64,000 bases of DNA, taken from the NCBI RefSeq assembly GCF_018977255.1, contig NW_024704743.1, positions 78,990,001-79,054,000 on the forward strand, given 5' to 3'. Both the position numbers and the translations under genes were made by a program. Positions 1 through 13,065 of the stretch are shown here, piece after piece. Numbering within the stretch: position 1 is the stretch's first letter; each line of letters begins with the position of its first letter. The notes below the pieces were generated by a model that did no database searches, was not told the origin of the DNA, and was given only the letters and a program-made list of their open reading frames with translations. Source of the stretch: Callorhinchus milii. Taxonomy: Eukaryota.

Positions 1-333
1 AAAGCTGTTTCTGCTGGTAGGTGTGTCTGTGACCCGTGCTCACAGTCTTAAGATATCTACCAAAAGAAGCAGAGGGGAGGTTAGAAGAAATGTTTTCACT
101 CAGCGAGTTGTTCGAATTTGGAATGATCTGCCTGAAAGGGTAGTGAAGTCCGATTCGATAACAGCTTTTAAGAGAGAACTGGATAGGTATCTGGGGAAGA
201 CGGGTTTGCAGGGTTATGGGGAGAAAGCTGGTGATTGGGGTTAGTGAAAGTGACTTGCTCTGACAAAGAGCCGGCACAGACTCGATGGGCCGAATGGCCT
301 CCTTCTGTGCCGTAACATTCTATGAATCTATGA
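1..333 (+). mobile_element. CR1-type LINE 3' end (ORF2 C-terminus, 3' UTR, microsatellite tail)
   Basis: ORF 23-244 reads ...RRNVFTQRVVRIWNDLP..VV....ITAFKRELDRYL; gatgggccgaatggcctccttctgtgccgtaa UTR; ttctatgaatctatgaa tail. Confidence 0.9.
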
Positions 334-335
334 AA

Positions 336-1290
336 TGTTAGACAAAAAAAGACCGAGGTCCATCTAGTTCGCCTTCCACCTTCCTTGCCCCCACACTCTG
401 GAACTCCATCTCACAGTCCCTTCGCCTCGCTTCCTCCCTTGACTCCTTCAAGGCCAGTCTCAAGACCCTCCTCTTTGATCGTGCCTTCGGTCACCCTCCC
501 ACCTCTCTGCCTTCCCTCACCCCTACACCACCCCTCACCCATGCTCGGGTCCTGATCCCTGACTGTCCAGCGCCTTGGGACGTCCTCTCGACGTGAAAGG
601 TGCTCCATAAATGCAATTTGGTTGTTGTTGTTGTCACATGCACATAAGTCCCAAACTACCTATGTACTATATCCCATAATGTTATTTCCTAAAAGAAAAC
701 TATCTAATCTGTGTTTGAAAGAATCAACACTTCCTGCTTCAACCGTCTTCCTAGGGAGCCTGTTCCACAGGTTTACTATTCGCTCACTGAAATAGTTTCT
801 GGTAGATTTGTTCTGAATTTACCCCCTTCAATCGCAGGCCATGGTATCCGGTTTTACTATTCTGGACAAGTTGAACCAGCCTGTCATGATCTATATTGTC
901 TTGCCCCTTTAGAACCTTAAAGACAGCAATCATGTCGCCTCTCAATCTTCTCTTTTCCAGCGTAAACACACCCAATTTACTTAGTCGCTCCTCATAGTCC
1001 AGTCCCTCCATTCCCTCAATCATTTTGGTTGCCCTCCTCTGTATCTTCTCGATTTCTCCCATATCCTTTTTGTACTGCGGCGACCAGAACTGTACACAGT
1101 ACTCTAAGTCTAGTCTCACCAATGATTTATACAGTGGCAGGATTACGCCACTATTTTGGCTTGCTGTTGATCTTTTGATACATCCCAACATCTGGTTTGC
1201 TTTACTCACTGCCACAGAGCATTGTTGGGAGAGCTTCAATTTATTGTCAATCAGGACCCTGAGGTCCTTTCCATTTTTCATACATATTAT
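336..1290 (-). mobile_element. CR1-type LINE 3' fragment, interrupted by an L2 end at about 386-633
   Basis: ORF 784-1281 has KANQMLGCIKR, LYKSLVR..LEYCVQFWSP and LEKRRLRGDMI. The UTR halves at 336-385 and 634-700 match the contiguous + copy at about 20195-20330. Confidence 0.88.
386..633 (+). mobile_element. L2-type LINE 3' end
   Basis: ctctggaactcc...ttcaaggccagtctcaagaccctcctctttgatcgtgcc; agcgccttgggacgtcc...gtgaaaggtgctccataaatgcaa followed by (ttg)n. Confidence 0.8.
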
Positions 1291-2543
1291 TTTGTAACAT
1301 ACAAATTGGCCACTAACGTGTCACAATCGTACTGACTGCACTAGCCCTACACTCTTTCTTTCTCTTTCTTTTGCTGACTTTCTCTTTCTCATTTTTCTTT
1401 TTGCCTTTCTCTATGACTCTTTCTTTCTCTCTGACACTTTTGTTCTGTGACACTCAATCTTTGTGGTAAAAATTCCATAGAACATTAGATACAGCACCTC
1501 TGACATTGTGGGATTATAATGGGAAATTCTTTTCGAGGCCGATGTCACCATTGATTACATTACTTGTAGCAAATTGTACATGTGGGATGAGCAAATAAAA
1601 CATTTTGCAGACATCGCAGCCTGACTTCACGTGTATTTCAATGAATGTCATCTGTTACAAGATAAGGTTATACAAACTGCATTGGTTAACTAGCAAATGA
1701 TTTAAAAGTGCTCCAGCTACTTAATGCTTCAGTCCAGTCCCATTTGGTTCTATTCTGGATCACAAGAGATCTCAAGAGAGGTTCAAATCAGAAGGTTCTT
1801 CAACCCATTTGATATCATTGTTTCCCTAAACCCACTATACTCTCAGACCCTGATGTGTGGATAAGTAGTACATGTGTTGTTATGCATTGCGCAACCGAAT
1901 GCAATGAGGCACGGTGTCACTGCTCCCATAGCGGGGAATAGTTTTGAAACAGTTTTGACCCTGTGGGTGAACCAATGTTTACATGTCTGTGGGGCAGTAG
2001 CTCTATCTGCTGCAGCACATACTGTTTGGACATTAAGGTCAAAAATTAAAATGCTGCACTCAGCAACAAATTGCATTTATAATATACCCTTCATGTGTTG
2101 TAGAAGAATATCTTGATCAGGAATAACAGTTTCAGTTATTTTGCTAATTTCAAAAAAGCCTTTTTAAATGTGACTGTTCTGAAGGAAGAAACAATTCCTT
2201 AGAAGATGAGGGTGGGAGTTGAATTCCAAACCTGTTGATAAAGACAGGTTGTTAAGATACACACTAACCACATTTTCTGATTTTCAGTTTGTGGAGATCC
2301 CTGGTGATATGTAGTGATAATTCTCACATATTGAACCTCTCCCCTCGATATTGCAATTTCACCTCTTCATCTTCACCTGTCATCACTGGATTCATAAATT
2401 CTCTGCCATACCATGTATTTACTACCTGATTCCCCAGTGTAGTGAGTGCAATCATCATTAATAACAAAGCAATCATTGCATTCACTACACTGAGTAGATG
2501 GACAATGTGCTGTGCCCTAACACACTGAGATTCTTAGTTATAG

Positions 2544-2786
<243 letters not shown>

Positions 2787-4485
2787 ATTGAGATCTTTGT
2801 TACCTAAAAATGAAGAACCTTTCTGAACCTATGTTCATATTTAAAAAAACTGTCTTAACAACAACTACATTTCAGTGTTCACTTTCCTATGTTTATGGCA
2901 AATAACCATTGGTTTATGTTCAGAACGAGCGACAAAGTATTCATTTGTTAGAAATATCAGAACATCAAAAAAAATCCATTGCTCCTGTTCCGCTAAATCT
3001 GTTCCACTGTTCTATCAGATCACAGAGCGCTCAATCCCATTCCCCAGCCTTTTCTCCATGTCCTCATACCTCCCAAGTGCTCCGGGACACTACCCCGTGT
3101 GAAGTGCACTATATAAATGCAAGTTGTTGTTGTAACTATCTTTCAAACATCTCAATTGATTCTGCCTTTGTGCATTCTAGGACTGTTGATTCCACATTTG
3201 CGTGAAGTTCTGTTTTCTGATCACCCTTTTAACTATTTCAGCTCTAATTTTAAGATTATGCCCCCCTTGTTTTAGATCCCTCTCCCAAAAGGGAAGAGTT
3301 GTCCATTCTCTGGTTTGTCAATTACCTTAATTATTGTAAACATGTTGTTAGGTGGTCCTGGCTTTCTCAGGTAAAATGTCATCTGTGAAATGTCATTTAT
3401 TTGCTAAATTATGCAATATGAACTCAGATTAATGCACTGGTGTGAAATATAAGAGCAGAGATTTACCAAGTTAAAATATATTGTTTCCACATTAGTTCTA
3501 GTTTGAGAATTCACGTTAACCAGCTATCTGTTGTCATCGCACGTTATGACACTTATATCATTACTATACTATACTATACTACTAAATCATGAGTGTTTTG
3601 GATTTTCTTCAGGTGTCAGGTAATAAAAATGGGCTCAAGTCTTGCAATCCCAAACACTTATAAACATCAACCGGGTGGGGGGGGGGTGGCATTTCAGATA
3701 CTGGAGGAGAAGTTGTTAGAGGAGACTTTGGGACAAATAAGGATGGAACCAATGAAGTATGTAGCCACAGATGTGGGTTAGAGAGGAGAGACAATGTTGG
3801 TGAATGGAATGATCAATAGTACCAAAAGAGGCATAGAGGTTAAGGAGGCTCAGTGAGGCAAAGTTGCAAACCAGCAGGATGTAGTGTGTAACTTTGACCA
3901 GGGTTGTCTCAATGCTGTAGTTTGGAAACCAAACTGGAAAGTCTCTATAACAAAATCCATCTGTTGCGTTTTCAAAGTCCATATCAGTGTGTAGAGGATA
4001 TGTTCCCAAGGCAGCCACATCCTCCGCACACTCAGAAGTTCCTTTATGTAATATAAATCCATTTTATGCTGCCAAGTAGTCACCAGCTTATCTCATTTCA
4101 AAACTGCCGCGTCTAAAAAAAGGATAATTAAATAAGTATAATAGTGTGTTTTATTGTTAGAGGAGGTCTTAACCATATATAATGTTGATGTCATCAGGTA
4201 GAAGAAATGTCTAATTAAGTGGCCAATGAGTGTCAAATGTGAAAGTAACAATGATGTGGAAAATGTGCCATTCTGACTATAATTTAGAAGTTTCAATACG
4301 AATCAGTTTGAGTTGAACTTTGTCTTTTGAAGACACAGTGGTGCACTCAGAACAAAAGGGCTATTTATTCAACTATAACATAACAGGTGTAATTAGCTCA
4401 GAATTGCATGTTGAAGTAATATTAGAAAAAACAATATTGTTTTGTTTTTGTTTGCTGCTTACCAAACTTAAGATTGTTTCTTCAA

Positions 4486-4491
4486 AATAAA
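4486..4491 (+). terminator. Candidate polyadenylation signal of the fer1l6-like gene
   Basis: AATAAA with U-rich upstream sequence and a GT-rich tract (gatttttgtgttg) about 30 nt downstream. An alternative AATAAA lies at 3622. Confidence 0.35.
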
Positions 4492-4984
4492 GATTTTCTC
4501 TGAAACCACGGTGCGCTTGCCGATTTTTGTGTTGCTGAAACTTTCAACGGGCATCATAAGGTATTCTTTTTCCAGTTCTGAGACTTTAGTATTTCTTTTT
4601 GACAAAATGTAATAATATGATAATTTTTACATACAGTCTAGCCCTCTATCACGTTGGAGTCAAAGTGCTTCACAAGATACAATGTAAAGGGGTGACTGTG
4701 TATTTTGTGAGTGAAAGCAGCAGTCAATTTTGCGCACAGCAATGTCCCACAAACAAGCAGCCCTATGGAGCGAGGAACCTGTTTTATTTGGTGATTGTTG
4801 GTCAGGAGACTGGGAGAAACTCCCTTTGCTGTGAAGCATGAATACAAAGAGAATTGAAAGTGCTGGACTCAGGAAATAACATGAAAATCACAAAGCACAG
4901 CTTTCACATCCTCCCCTCCCTCACCTGCTCCAGCAAAACCAGCCATAGCTTCGGCATATTGCTCAGCTGTTTCTTTGCCTCATT

Positions 4985-5395
4985 GGGATCCAATACGCAG
5001 TGATTTCTAAACGGGATTTCTTAATGAGGAAACAGAAAGGGGTCTCCTTCCACTAGCTGGATATATGTAATGTCGACTTACAAGAACCTCGCTCCTATTA
5101 TAATCATGTTGGAACAGAGATATAATGATCCTTCCATTTGCTATAGCCTCCTTATCATGTTTTCAAGAAGTCTGAAAGCGCTTCACAGAATATACTGTGA
5201 AGTGAATTGACTGTATATTTTGTGGGCGAAACGCAGCAGCCAATTACACACAGCAGTGTCCCACAAAGAGTCTTGGCTTGAAGTGACCAATTCAATTTTT
5301 TTAAAGAGATTATTAGCTCCAGAAAAGAGATCATGATGTCCTTCCGGTTTCCTTATTAAGAAATGCTGTTTAGAAATGGATCCATATTAGATTCC
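4985..5395. mobile_element. Degenerate MITE-like element with about 55-bp terminal inverted repeats; SINE fragment inside
   Basis: atttctaaacgggatttcttaatgaggaaacag (5003-5035) is approximately the reverse complement of ccggtttccttattaagaaatgctgtttagaaat (5344-5377). Confidence 0.55.
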
Positions 5396-6725
5396 ATCAA
5401 ACCAGTTTTCTTAATATTTATATTCCTTAAAAACAACTTATAAATGGAAGTGTTGTTTGTAAAAGAAAAATCTATTTGGAGGCAGATGTCCGGCAATTCC
5501 CGACGTAGCAGAGCTCCCTCAGGCTGGTGTGACACATTTCATGTTAACAGCAGGATTCAATATTCACAAATACTTTGCAAATTCTATTGTGAATGCTGGC
5601 TTTAGTCAGCATGTGAGCATCTACTCACGAAAGATTGTAAGAGAGGTTTGGATACAGAAGGCCCTTCGGCAGACCTGATCTGATCTTTCTGGAATAGCTA
5701 CATTACAGCATCACTCTGTTTCTTAAATGCGTCTAACATCCTACCTTCATCCACCCTTTCTGGACATTAATTTTTCTCTGGGTAACAATATATTTCCTGG
5801 TGTTTGTGCTGAATTTGTGTTTGATTCCGTTTGCAAGTGGCTTCCCATGTTTTACTCCTGATCTCATATGAGATTTCTCATTCCCAGAATTTCTATAGAT
5901 CTGGAGCAGTCCTTCATTTACAAATTATGTTCAGCCCATTAATTAAAATGTTGGTGATCTGCATATTTGCCTGAAGACCCAGTGAACAAATGTTTTTCAT
6001 TTAGTGAGCTATTCACATAAGCATACAGTTGAGTGTCTGTGGAGTTCACCTCTGTCATATGTTGATTGTTCAAAACGGTGTTCTTTTCCTTATAATGGAT
6101 AGGACACAATCAGTATCTGCATTCAATTTGCTACAGCCTGTGGCACAGCTCTTTTCAATTCTTTGAGTTTCAAAGTGTCTAACAGAGTAAAGTAATGAGA
6201 TGCAAATAATTACATCCCAATAGAGAAACTCACTCCCAAGTAAATAAAATATGGCACTAACACCAGCCTCCCTACCTGCAGGCAAATGTAAGTAATGTTA
6301 GAAATGTAAGCCCTAGTATTTGTTTATGTCTTTGCATACATTTACATGGACTTAAAGTACGAAAACAAGCCACTTGACCCAGCCAATCCGTGCTGGTGTT
6401 TATACTCCAAAAGAGTCTTCACCTACTACTTTCTTACTCCCAAACTCTTCTATTCCGCTCTCCCTCATTGTGAAGGTCTAGCTTCCCTTTAAATGCCTCT
6501 GTAACACTTAGCGAGTTCCACATTCTCATTACCCAGTGCATGAAATAGTTGCTCCTAAAATTCTCTTTTAGATCCATTAATCGCTATCTTATACTTGTGT
6601 TCCCTAGTAATGGACTCCCCAATAAATGGGAACAGGCTATTTATGTTAACCTTATCAAACCCTTTTATAAATTTAATGGTGTCCTCTTTAAATATCTCTT
6701 CTCTAGCAAAAAAGGACTAACCTAA

Positions 6726-7045
6726 AATAATAATAATAATAATCCTTGCATTTGATATAGCGCTTTTCATGTCTTCTAGATGTCTCAAAGCGCTTTATAG
6801 AATATACTGTAAAGTGAATTGACCGTATATTTGTGGGCGAAATGCGGCAGCCAATTGCGCACAGCAGTGTCCCACAAACAGTTGTGGACTGAAAATGACA
6901 AATTTATTATCGTTTTGTTTTGGAGGGATTATTAGTAGGCGTGTGGAGTAAGGAAACTTGCCCAAGGTTTCACCCTGCCTGGAATTGAACCCAGGTATCT
7001 CGCTTGCAAGGTGAATGCTCTAACCACTGAGCTACAGGACTCCAC
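6726..7045 (-). mobile_element. tRNA-derived Deu/L2-tail SINE, short young family, full length
   Basis: Reverse complement has GGAGTCCTGTAGCTCAGTGGTTAGAGC head, tgtgggacactgctgtgcgcaattggctgcc core and (ATT)n tail. Confidence 0.9.
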
Positions 7046-8190
7046 AATATATTTTGTATAGTACAAAAGCAGGGTTGCTCAGAACAGTCCCCTGCAAAGT
7101 ATCGCTGCTTACTGTCCCCAGAATCTTGACCAATTATATGAATCAAGATATTCTTCAACCCAAATGCCTAGTTGATCATAAATTCCACTTGGCTTTATCT
7201 TTTCTTTGAAAGCCTGAAATTGCTAATTTTCATCAGATGCCTCTGAAAATCCAAATAAATGTTATCCACTATATTACCCTTTTCGGACGATCCTTTACGA
7301 TCCCTATACTCTTTAGTGGAAGTCAGGATTTCACAGAATCTCTGTAGTTTTGTAATTAAACTAAGCAGAGTCTAATGTACTTTTCCCACTCATTTCTTTG
7401 AAGATTCTGGGGATACCATCTACTGCAGGAGCCAAGCTGACATTTCATGATTAACCTAGCCAGTCTATCCTAAACTTCCAGCCCTGGTATCATCCAGTAT
7501 AGCTACACTGCACTCTCTCCATCACTGCTACATCTTTAGATGAGTTTACACATGTCAGTAATCTGACCGAACCAGAAAAATATTTACCTGGTTTGGTCAG
7601 CCAAAGAAGATGACAAACCTGGTGTTTCATATTAATCATCACATTTAAGCAAATTTCCCTTGTGAAAATCTGGGCAAGAGAGACCTCAAATTAATTTCTG
7701 TAAGTGGAGGTAGCTGTTGTCTGCTCTTCAATATAAACACAGCATGATCTTGTGAGACTCATAGGAGCGTTAAAGTTGTATGGCTTATTATGTGATACTC
7801 CTGGTGAGGGAGCACCGTTTTCATGATAATTAATTTTCCAAATCAGGTCTTTCTTCACCAATAAATAATTCATATTCTATGCAAGGCCCTGAATGATACC
7901 TTGCTCAGTGGGTGCCAATACTTGATGCTGATCCTAACAGTAACCAAATTCATGGGCTCAATACATTTGCAATTCACTTGCAAATTTCAATGCAAACGAT
8001 GATGTGAAGGTACACTCAGAGATGAGAGCATTTTAGTCATTGAACTCCACTTCATTGTGGATCATTAGCATGGTTACAGCTTTTCAGTTGATCTCAAAAC
8101 ATCCAATACGAGCTCAAGACTCATGATGCTCTGAGCCCTGTATATGACATATTGAATGTAAGCGTTATTATTTATTATTGTTACTGCACC

Positions 8191-8269
8191 ATGGCTTTGA
8201 GTATTCACCTGATGAAAGGCAGGAATCTCCCTGGACGAGGAAAGAGAATGGTGAAAATTAAATTCAAAG
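8191..8269 (+). CDS. fer1l4: fer1l4-like exon 1 (C2A start) MALSIHLMKGRNLPGRGKRMVKIKFKG
   Basis: Strong Kozak context gcaccATGG; 79 nt then gtacgt donor; resembles the otoferlin/FER1L4 N-terminus (MAL..HL...GR.....F.G). Confidence 0.88.
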
Positions 8270-11200
8270 GTACGTGCCCGTTCCTGTACTCAAGGTAATT
8301 CCACAAGGTCCTCTCCGAATGGCTCTACTTGGGAATCCCAGAACTAACCACCTGTTAAAGTGAGAGCCGGTGTTTTCTAGAGATGTTTTAAATGGGTTGT
8401 TTATCAGAGAGGCAGCTATGATGAATTTGTGTCATTATATTGTGGTGATGGTATAGTACAGAATATTATAACAAAGGGAATGTGTCTGACGTAATTGATT
8501 CTTCATCTGGTAGCTCCTCGTGGGAACATGCTGGTGAAGATTGCTGCCGTCTTTGCCTACCTAAGTAGTCACCACTCTTGATAGCATTTACTTGTGAAAC
8601 AGCTTGAAATGTTTTCATGCGTAACCTCTGGCTTGATGTATAACCTTGCCTCAATTCCTCCGCCTCGCCCCTTTTTTATCTATCTTTAAATCCAAACTTC
8701 AGATTTACATCTTCAACTACACCTATGGATACAACCCCTCCCCCTTCTCCCTTGCTCGGCATCCAACCCTGTGCAGCGCTTCGAGACACTATCCTGCGTG
8801 AAAGGTACTATATTAATGCCAGTTGTTGTTGTAGTTAAGTAAGGCTCTATATGAATATTGTAGCGCAAACACATTTTCAATGAATTACATTGCATGACAT
8901 AGCATTCAGACCAACTAGTCTGTGCCTGTGTTTATACTCCACATTAGCCTCCAAGCCTCCAAATCCCTTTCCTGTAGCTTCTATTCCCTTCTGCCCCATG
9001 TATCCATCAAGATTCCTCTTAAATACATTATTGCTTTTTGCTTCAACCATAGCTTCTGGCAGAGAGTTCCACATTCTCACTATCTGCCTTAACTCCCTTT
9101 CAAGTCTGTTCGTGGCTATCTTTAGAGAGCTGAACAAAAGCAGAGTTTGATGCTGAGATGGGGAGAAAGGACAGGTGACGTTAGGTACAGTCAAAAAGGA
9201 AAGTCTATTAGTGCAATTTAAAAATGGGTAGAGAGGGGGCAAAGTGGAAGGATTGAGGCAGAGCGTTTCAGAGGTTTGGGGCAAAGTGGCTGAAGGCATG
9301 GCAACCGGTGGTGGAGGAGAGGGGTTGGAATATTGGAGCATGCGCAGAAGGCCATAGGGTTTTATCAAATCCCTTCATAATTTTAAACACCTCTCTCAAT
9401 TCTCAATTCATCTCCAGAAAAAATAGCTCCAACCTGTCCAATCACTTACACACAAAAGCACATTTCATAAAGGGTCTTTGAATTTCATGAATACATAGCT
9501 CTTTGTATGGATCGAAAATTAGAGAATTGCGTCAAAGACTGTTAAGTAGGAGACATTCATGGGTTTGTTTTCCATAGATAAGAGAAAATTTAGGGCAATG
9601 GAGGGGACAGTTGATCCTGTTCTTTGTTGTCTCTCTAATGCTACTGTCTGTGCATCATGGACTGAGACAACAACAACAACAAAATTTCATTTGTATAGCG
9701 CCTTTCACGTCCTAAGGCACTAGACAATCAGTATTTGGGACCCGAGCTGGGAGTTGGGATCATGGAGGCTGGAGGGCAGGGGGCAAGGAGGGTGACTGAA
9801 GGCACGATCGAAGTGGAGAGTCTTGAGACAAGTTCTGAAGGAGGCAAGAGAAAACGAAGGATTGATGATTCTGCGCTTCATTTACTTTTGGGCAATTATC
9901 ATCCTTGCTTCTGCCGCTCCTCCAGTAAACAATTCCAGCTCCTCCTACCCTCTGTGCAATTAAATATTTTTTTTCCTGGTGTCTGTTCTGAAATTGTCTT
10001 TCACTGCCCTGAACTTTGCCCTCTTGTTTTCCTACCTAACCCTATCGGAAAGTATTGTTTCCAGGTTTATGTTCTCAATATCATTTAAAATTTAAAACCT
10101 TTCTAAGAACTTTTCAGATACATCTCTTTTCAAGTCTGAAAATTCCCCGCTTATCTAATCGTTCCTCATAGCTCATCCTTGTTACTCTCCTCTGCACTAC
10201 CTCTGGAGCCTGACAGCCTCCTTATGTTGTGGCAACTGGAAAAAATGCATAATACAAGATCACAAGATTGGTTTGAATGAAGAACGTCCTTTGGGCCCAT
10301 GTGATCTCATCTCTCCAGAATATACTGCAGGAGCGGCTTGATCAGGGCACTGTACATCTTGAGGATATTTTCTGGGTATCTAAATTTAAGAGTTTGCTAA
10401 TATAGAACAGAACCCCATTTGCTGGTTTATTGCTGCCACACTTGTCAATTTGGAGACTGATGTTATTCTTCACTACAGATGCAGCCATTCAATCCCTGCT
10501 TCATCAGACACTGCCTTAAACCTGAAATTAAAAAGCTAAGATTAAAAGTTTGAGCACAATTCTGTAGACTGGAATAAAAGGCCTCATATTTTCCTGAGCA
10601 AAAACAAATGTGTCAGCATTTTGAATTGCAAAAGACTTGGAGGGAGAAACCATTCCCCAGCAATTAGATGGAGGAGGTGTTGAAGCCTCAAACCTGTTGT
10701 TAAGTACTGTTTTTTAAGGCCAGGTCCTAAATGAGGGGCTTTGGAAAGTAGATGTACAGCCCTAAAGCTCATTCACCTGCAGAGTACTCAGCAATAGCTC
10801 AGTGTAGACTGGAGACCCGCCCCTCCTACCCCAGCCCCCCTTTCCCCTGGCCCCCCCTTCTCCCCGGCACCCCCTTCTCCCCATGCCAATTCACCCTTTT
10901 TAACACAAATCCACCTCATTGCTTAATCCTGGATTTCACAAAGTTCAAAGGAAACCCCTACACTGCATGTCCAGAAGATTGGGAACCATTTAGAGAAACG
11001 TTGAACGAACATTGCAAGAATATAAATATTAGAATATAAACAGCTTTGTGGCCCGGTAATATCTAGAAGCAAAGAATCATTGTTGTCAAAGAGTCTCAAA
11101 GTGCTTCACAGATTGTTACTGTCAATTAAAGTAATTGTTTTGTAGGGAAACATAGCAGCCATGTTTTGCACAACGTCCCTCAAATAACCAAGAAGTGAGT

Positions 11201-11290
11201 AATTAAATTTACATGGAGGCTTGTTGACCTGGACAGAAGGTGAAATTTGTCTAGAGAATACACTTTACAATATATCCTGTGAAGCACTTT

Positions 11291-11466
11291 ATAATAATAA
11301 TAATCCTTGCATTTGATATAGCGCTTTTCATGTTGGGAGGACGTCCCAAAGCGCTTCACAGAACACACTGTAAAATGAATTGACTGTATATTTGTGGGCG
11401 AACGCGGCAGCCAATTGCGCACAGCAATGTCCCACAAACAGTCGTGGATTGAAAATGTCCAATTTA
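11291..11466 (-). mobile_element. Short-family SINE, 3' half
   Basis: Near-identical to the 3' half of the copies at 41444 and 49739. Confidence 0.85.
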
Positions 11467-11648
11467 ATGTCCAACCCCATATCAGATACAAGGATTCATC
11501 TTAGTATTTATTATCTGTTAAATTCCTTACTCTTTTTGAATTGTAAAAAAAAAGTCTGCCTGAATAGCAGAGTACCTAGTACATACCATTCACAAACAAA
11601 CCAATTCTGAGATAGGAGCTTTCGTTAATCTTTTCCCTTTCTTTTCAG

Positions 11649-11704
11649 GCTTTTCTCTTAAGTCAAAGGCTGTATTCTCGGAGAACGAAGCAGACTTTGA
11701 TGAG
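11649..11704 (+). CDS. fer1l4: exon 2 (C2A) FSLKSKAVFSENEADFDE
   Basis: ttttcag acceptor, gtgagg donor; ADFDE motif; phase 1 to 0. Confidence 0.88.
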
Positions 11705-12544
11705 GTGAGGAGAATGTGTTGAGGGGGAGGGAAACATACTGTGCTTTATAAAAATGTGTTATTCTATAAATATGAAAGCCAGCTGACATCTGGTGATCTG
11801 TTTATTTGGGGGGGAAGAAAATGTGTTGAATTTACCCCTCTCTAGCCCAGGGGCACTGACCCCAATTGTATTGTCCCTATAGCGATGATCACCCACAAAC
11901 TTGTGATTTTCAGTTCAGGCTTTAGTACATGTGAGTTTCACAAGGTTTGTACAGCTCTTGTATGAATTATGCTCCTATAGACATTAGATATGGTTTATTA
12001 GATGAGTCTGAGTCAGACGATAGGAAAGGTCAGAATCAAAATGTCTCAGCGGTACACAGCAAGCTTAAATGAAAGCCAAACAGGGAACAAGATGGGAGCA
12101 ATTTCACAGTCCATCAATTGGTAAGGTCTTGTTTATGAAGTACTAACTGCTTTCCTAAACCAATACACTCAATTTCATCCTCACTGTTCCAAAAACCTTC
12201 AAGTAGTTATTTAGTTAGAGATCAATTAGAGATGTTTAAATGAGAAATGTGTGGTAAAATGTACCAAGATAGATGTCCTGGTGGGAGAGTTCATGCACTG
12301 GAGGATATCTTAGCATCTACTCATTTTAATCTTCTTTCAGTGCTTATGATGTAAATTACATTTTAATGCAAGGCTAATTTAACCTCCTTGCATTAATTGG
12401 ACTACAACACCCCGACGATGACTGTTACATCTTTAGTAAAGGAATAGTGAAACTTTTTTCCATTATCTCCCTTTTACTAACTTTTTAATAATAATCCTTA
12501 CATTTGATATAGCATCTTTCATATCAGGAGGATTGGTTCATTTT

Positions 12545-12813
12545 GGTTCATTCCAGGCAGGGCGAAACCTTGGGCAAGTTTCCTTACTCCACACAGAGCC
12601 TAATAATAATCCCTCCAAAACCAAAAACAATAATAAATTGGTCATTTTCAATCTACAACTGTTTGTGGGACATTGCTGTGCGCAATTGGCTGCCGCGTTC
12701 GCCCACAAATATACAGTCAATTCACTTTACAGTGTGTTCTGTGAAGCGCTTTGAGACATCCTCCCGACGTGAAAAGCGCTATATCAAATGCAAGGATTAT
12801 TATTATTATTATT
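12545..12813 (+). mobile_element. Short-family SINE, 5'-truncated
   Basis: Runs from the B-box region through the core to aggattattattatt. Confidence 0.88.
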
Positions 12814-12979
12814 TTGTCTCAGCAAAGTTAAGGAATATTCTGATTGCATTACATTTTGTGAGCTATGGTTGGAATGACTAGGTTTTGATAATATGCCTTT
12901 CGATTTTGGAGAAGTGAAATTCTTAAACTTCGGCTTATGGACAGGTTATCAGTTTTATAGAAATATTTTATTTTGACAG

Positions 12980-13065
12980 ACATTCCACTGGCCTTCCCTT
13001 GGATCCATTGAGAATGATGATTTCCTAACAGTTGAGCTGTACAATTGCACTGCTTGGAAAATGAG
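12980..13065 (+). CDS. fer1l4: exon 3 (C2A) TFHWPSLGSIENDDFLTVELYNCTAWKMR
   Basis: ttttgacag acceptor, gtagat donor; homologous to ferlin TFRWP...YN; phase 0 to 2. Confidence 0.88.

Noticed and set aside
12002..12120. Possible alternative exon 3 (ag|ATG...TG|gtaagg, open, phase 0 to 2)
   Set aside because: Weak pyrimidine tract and no ferlin similarity; the homologous exon 3 is at 12980-13065.
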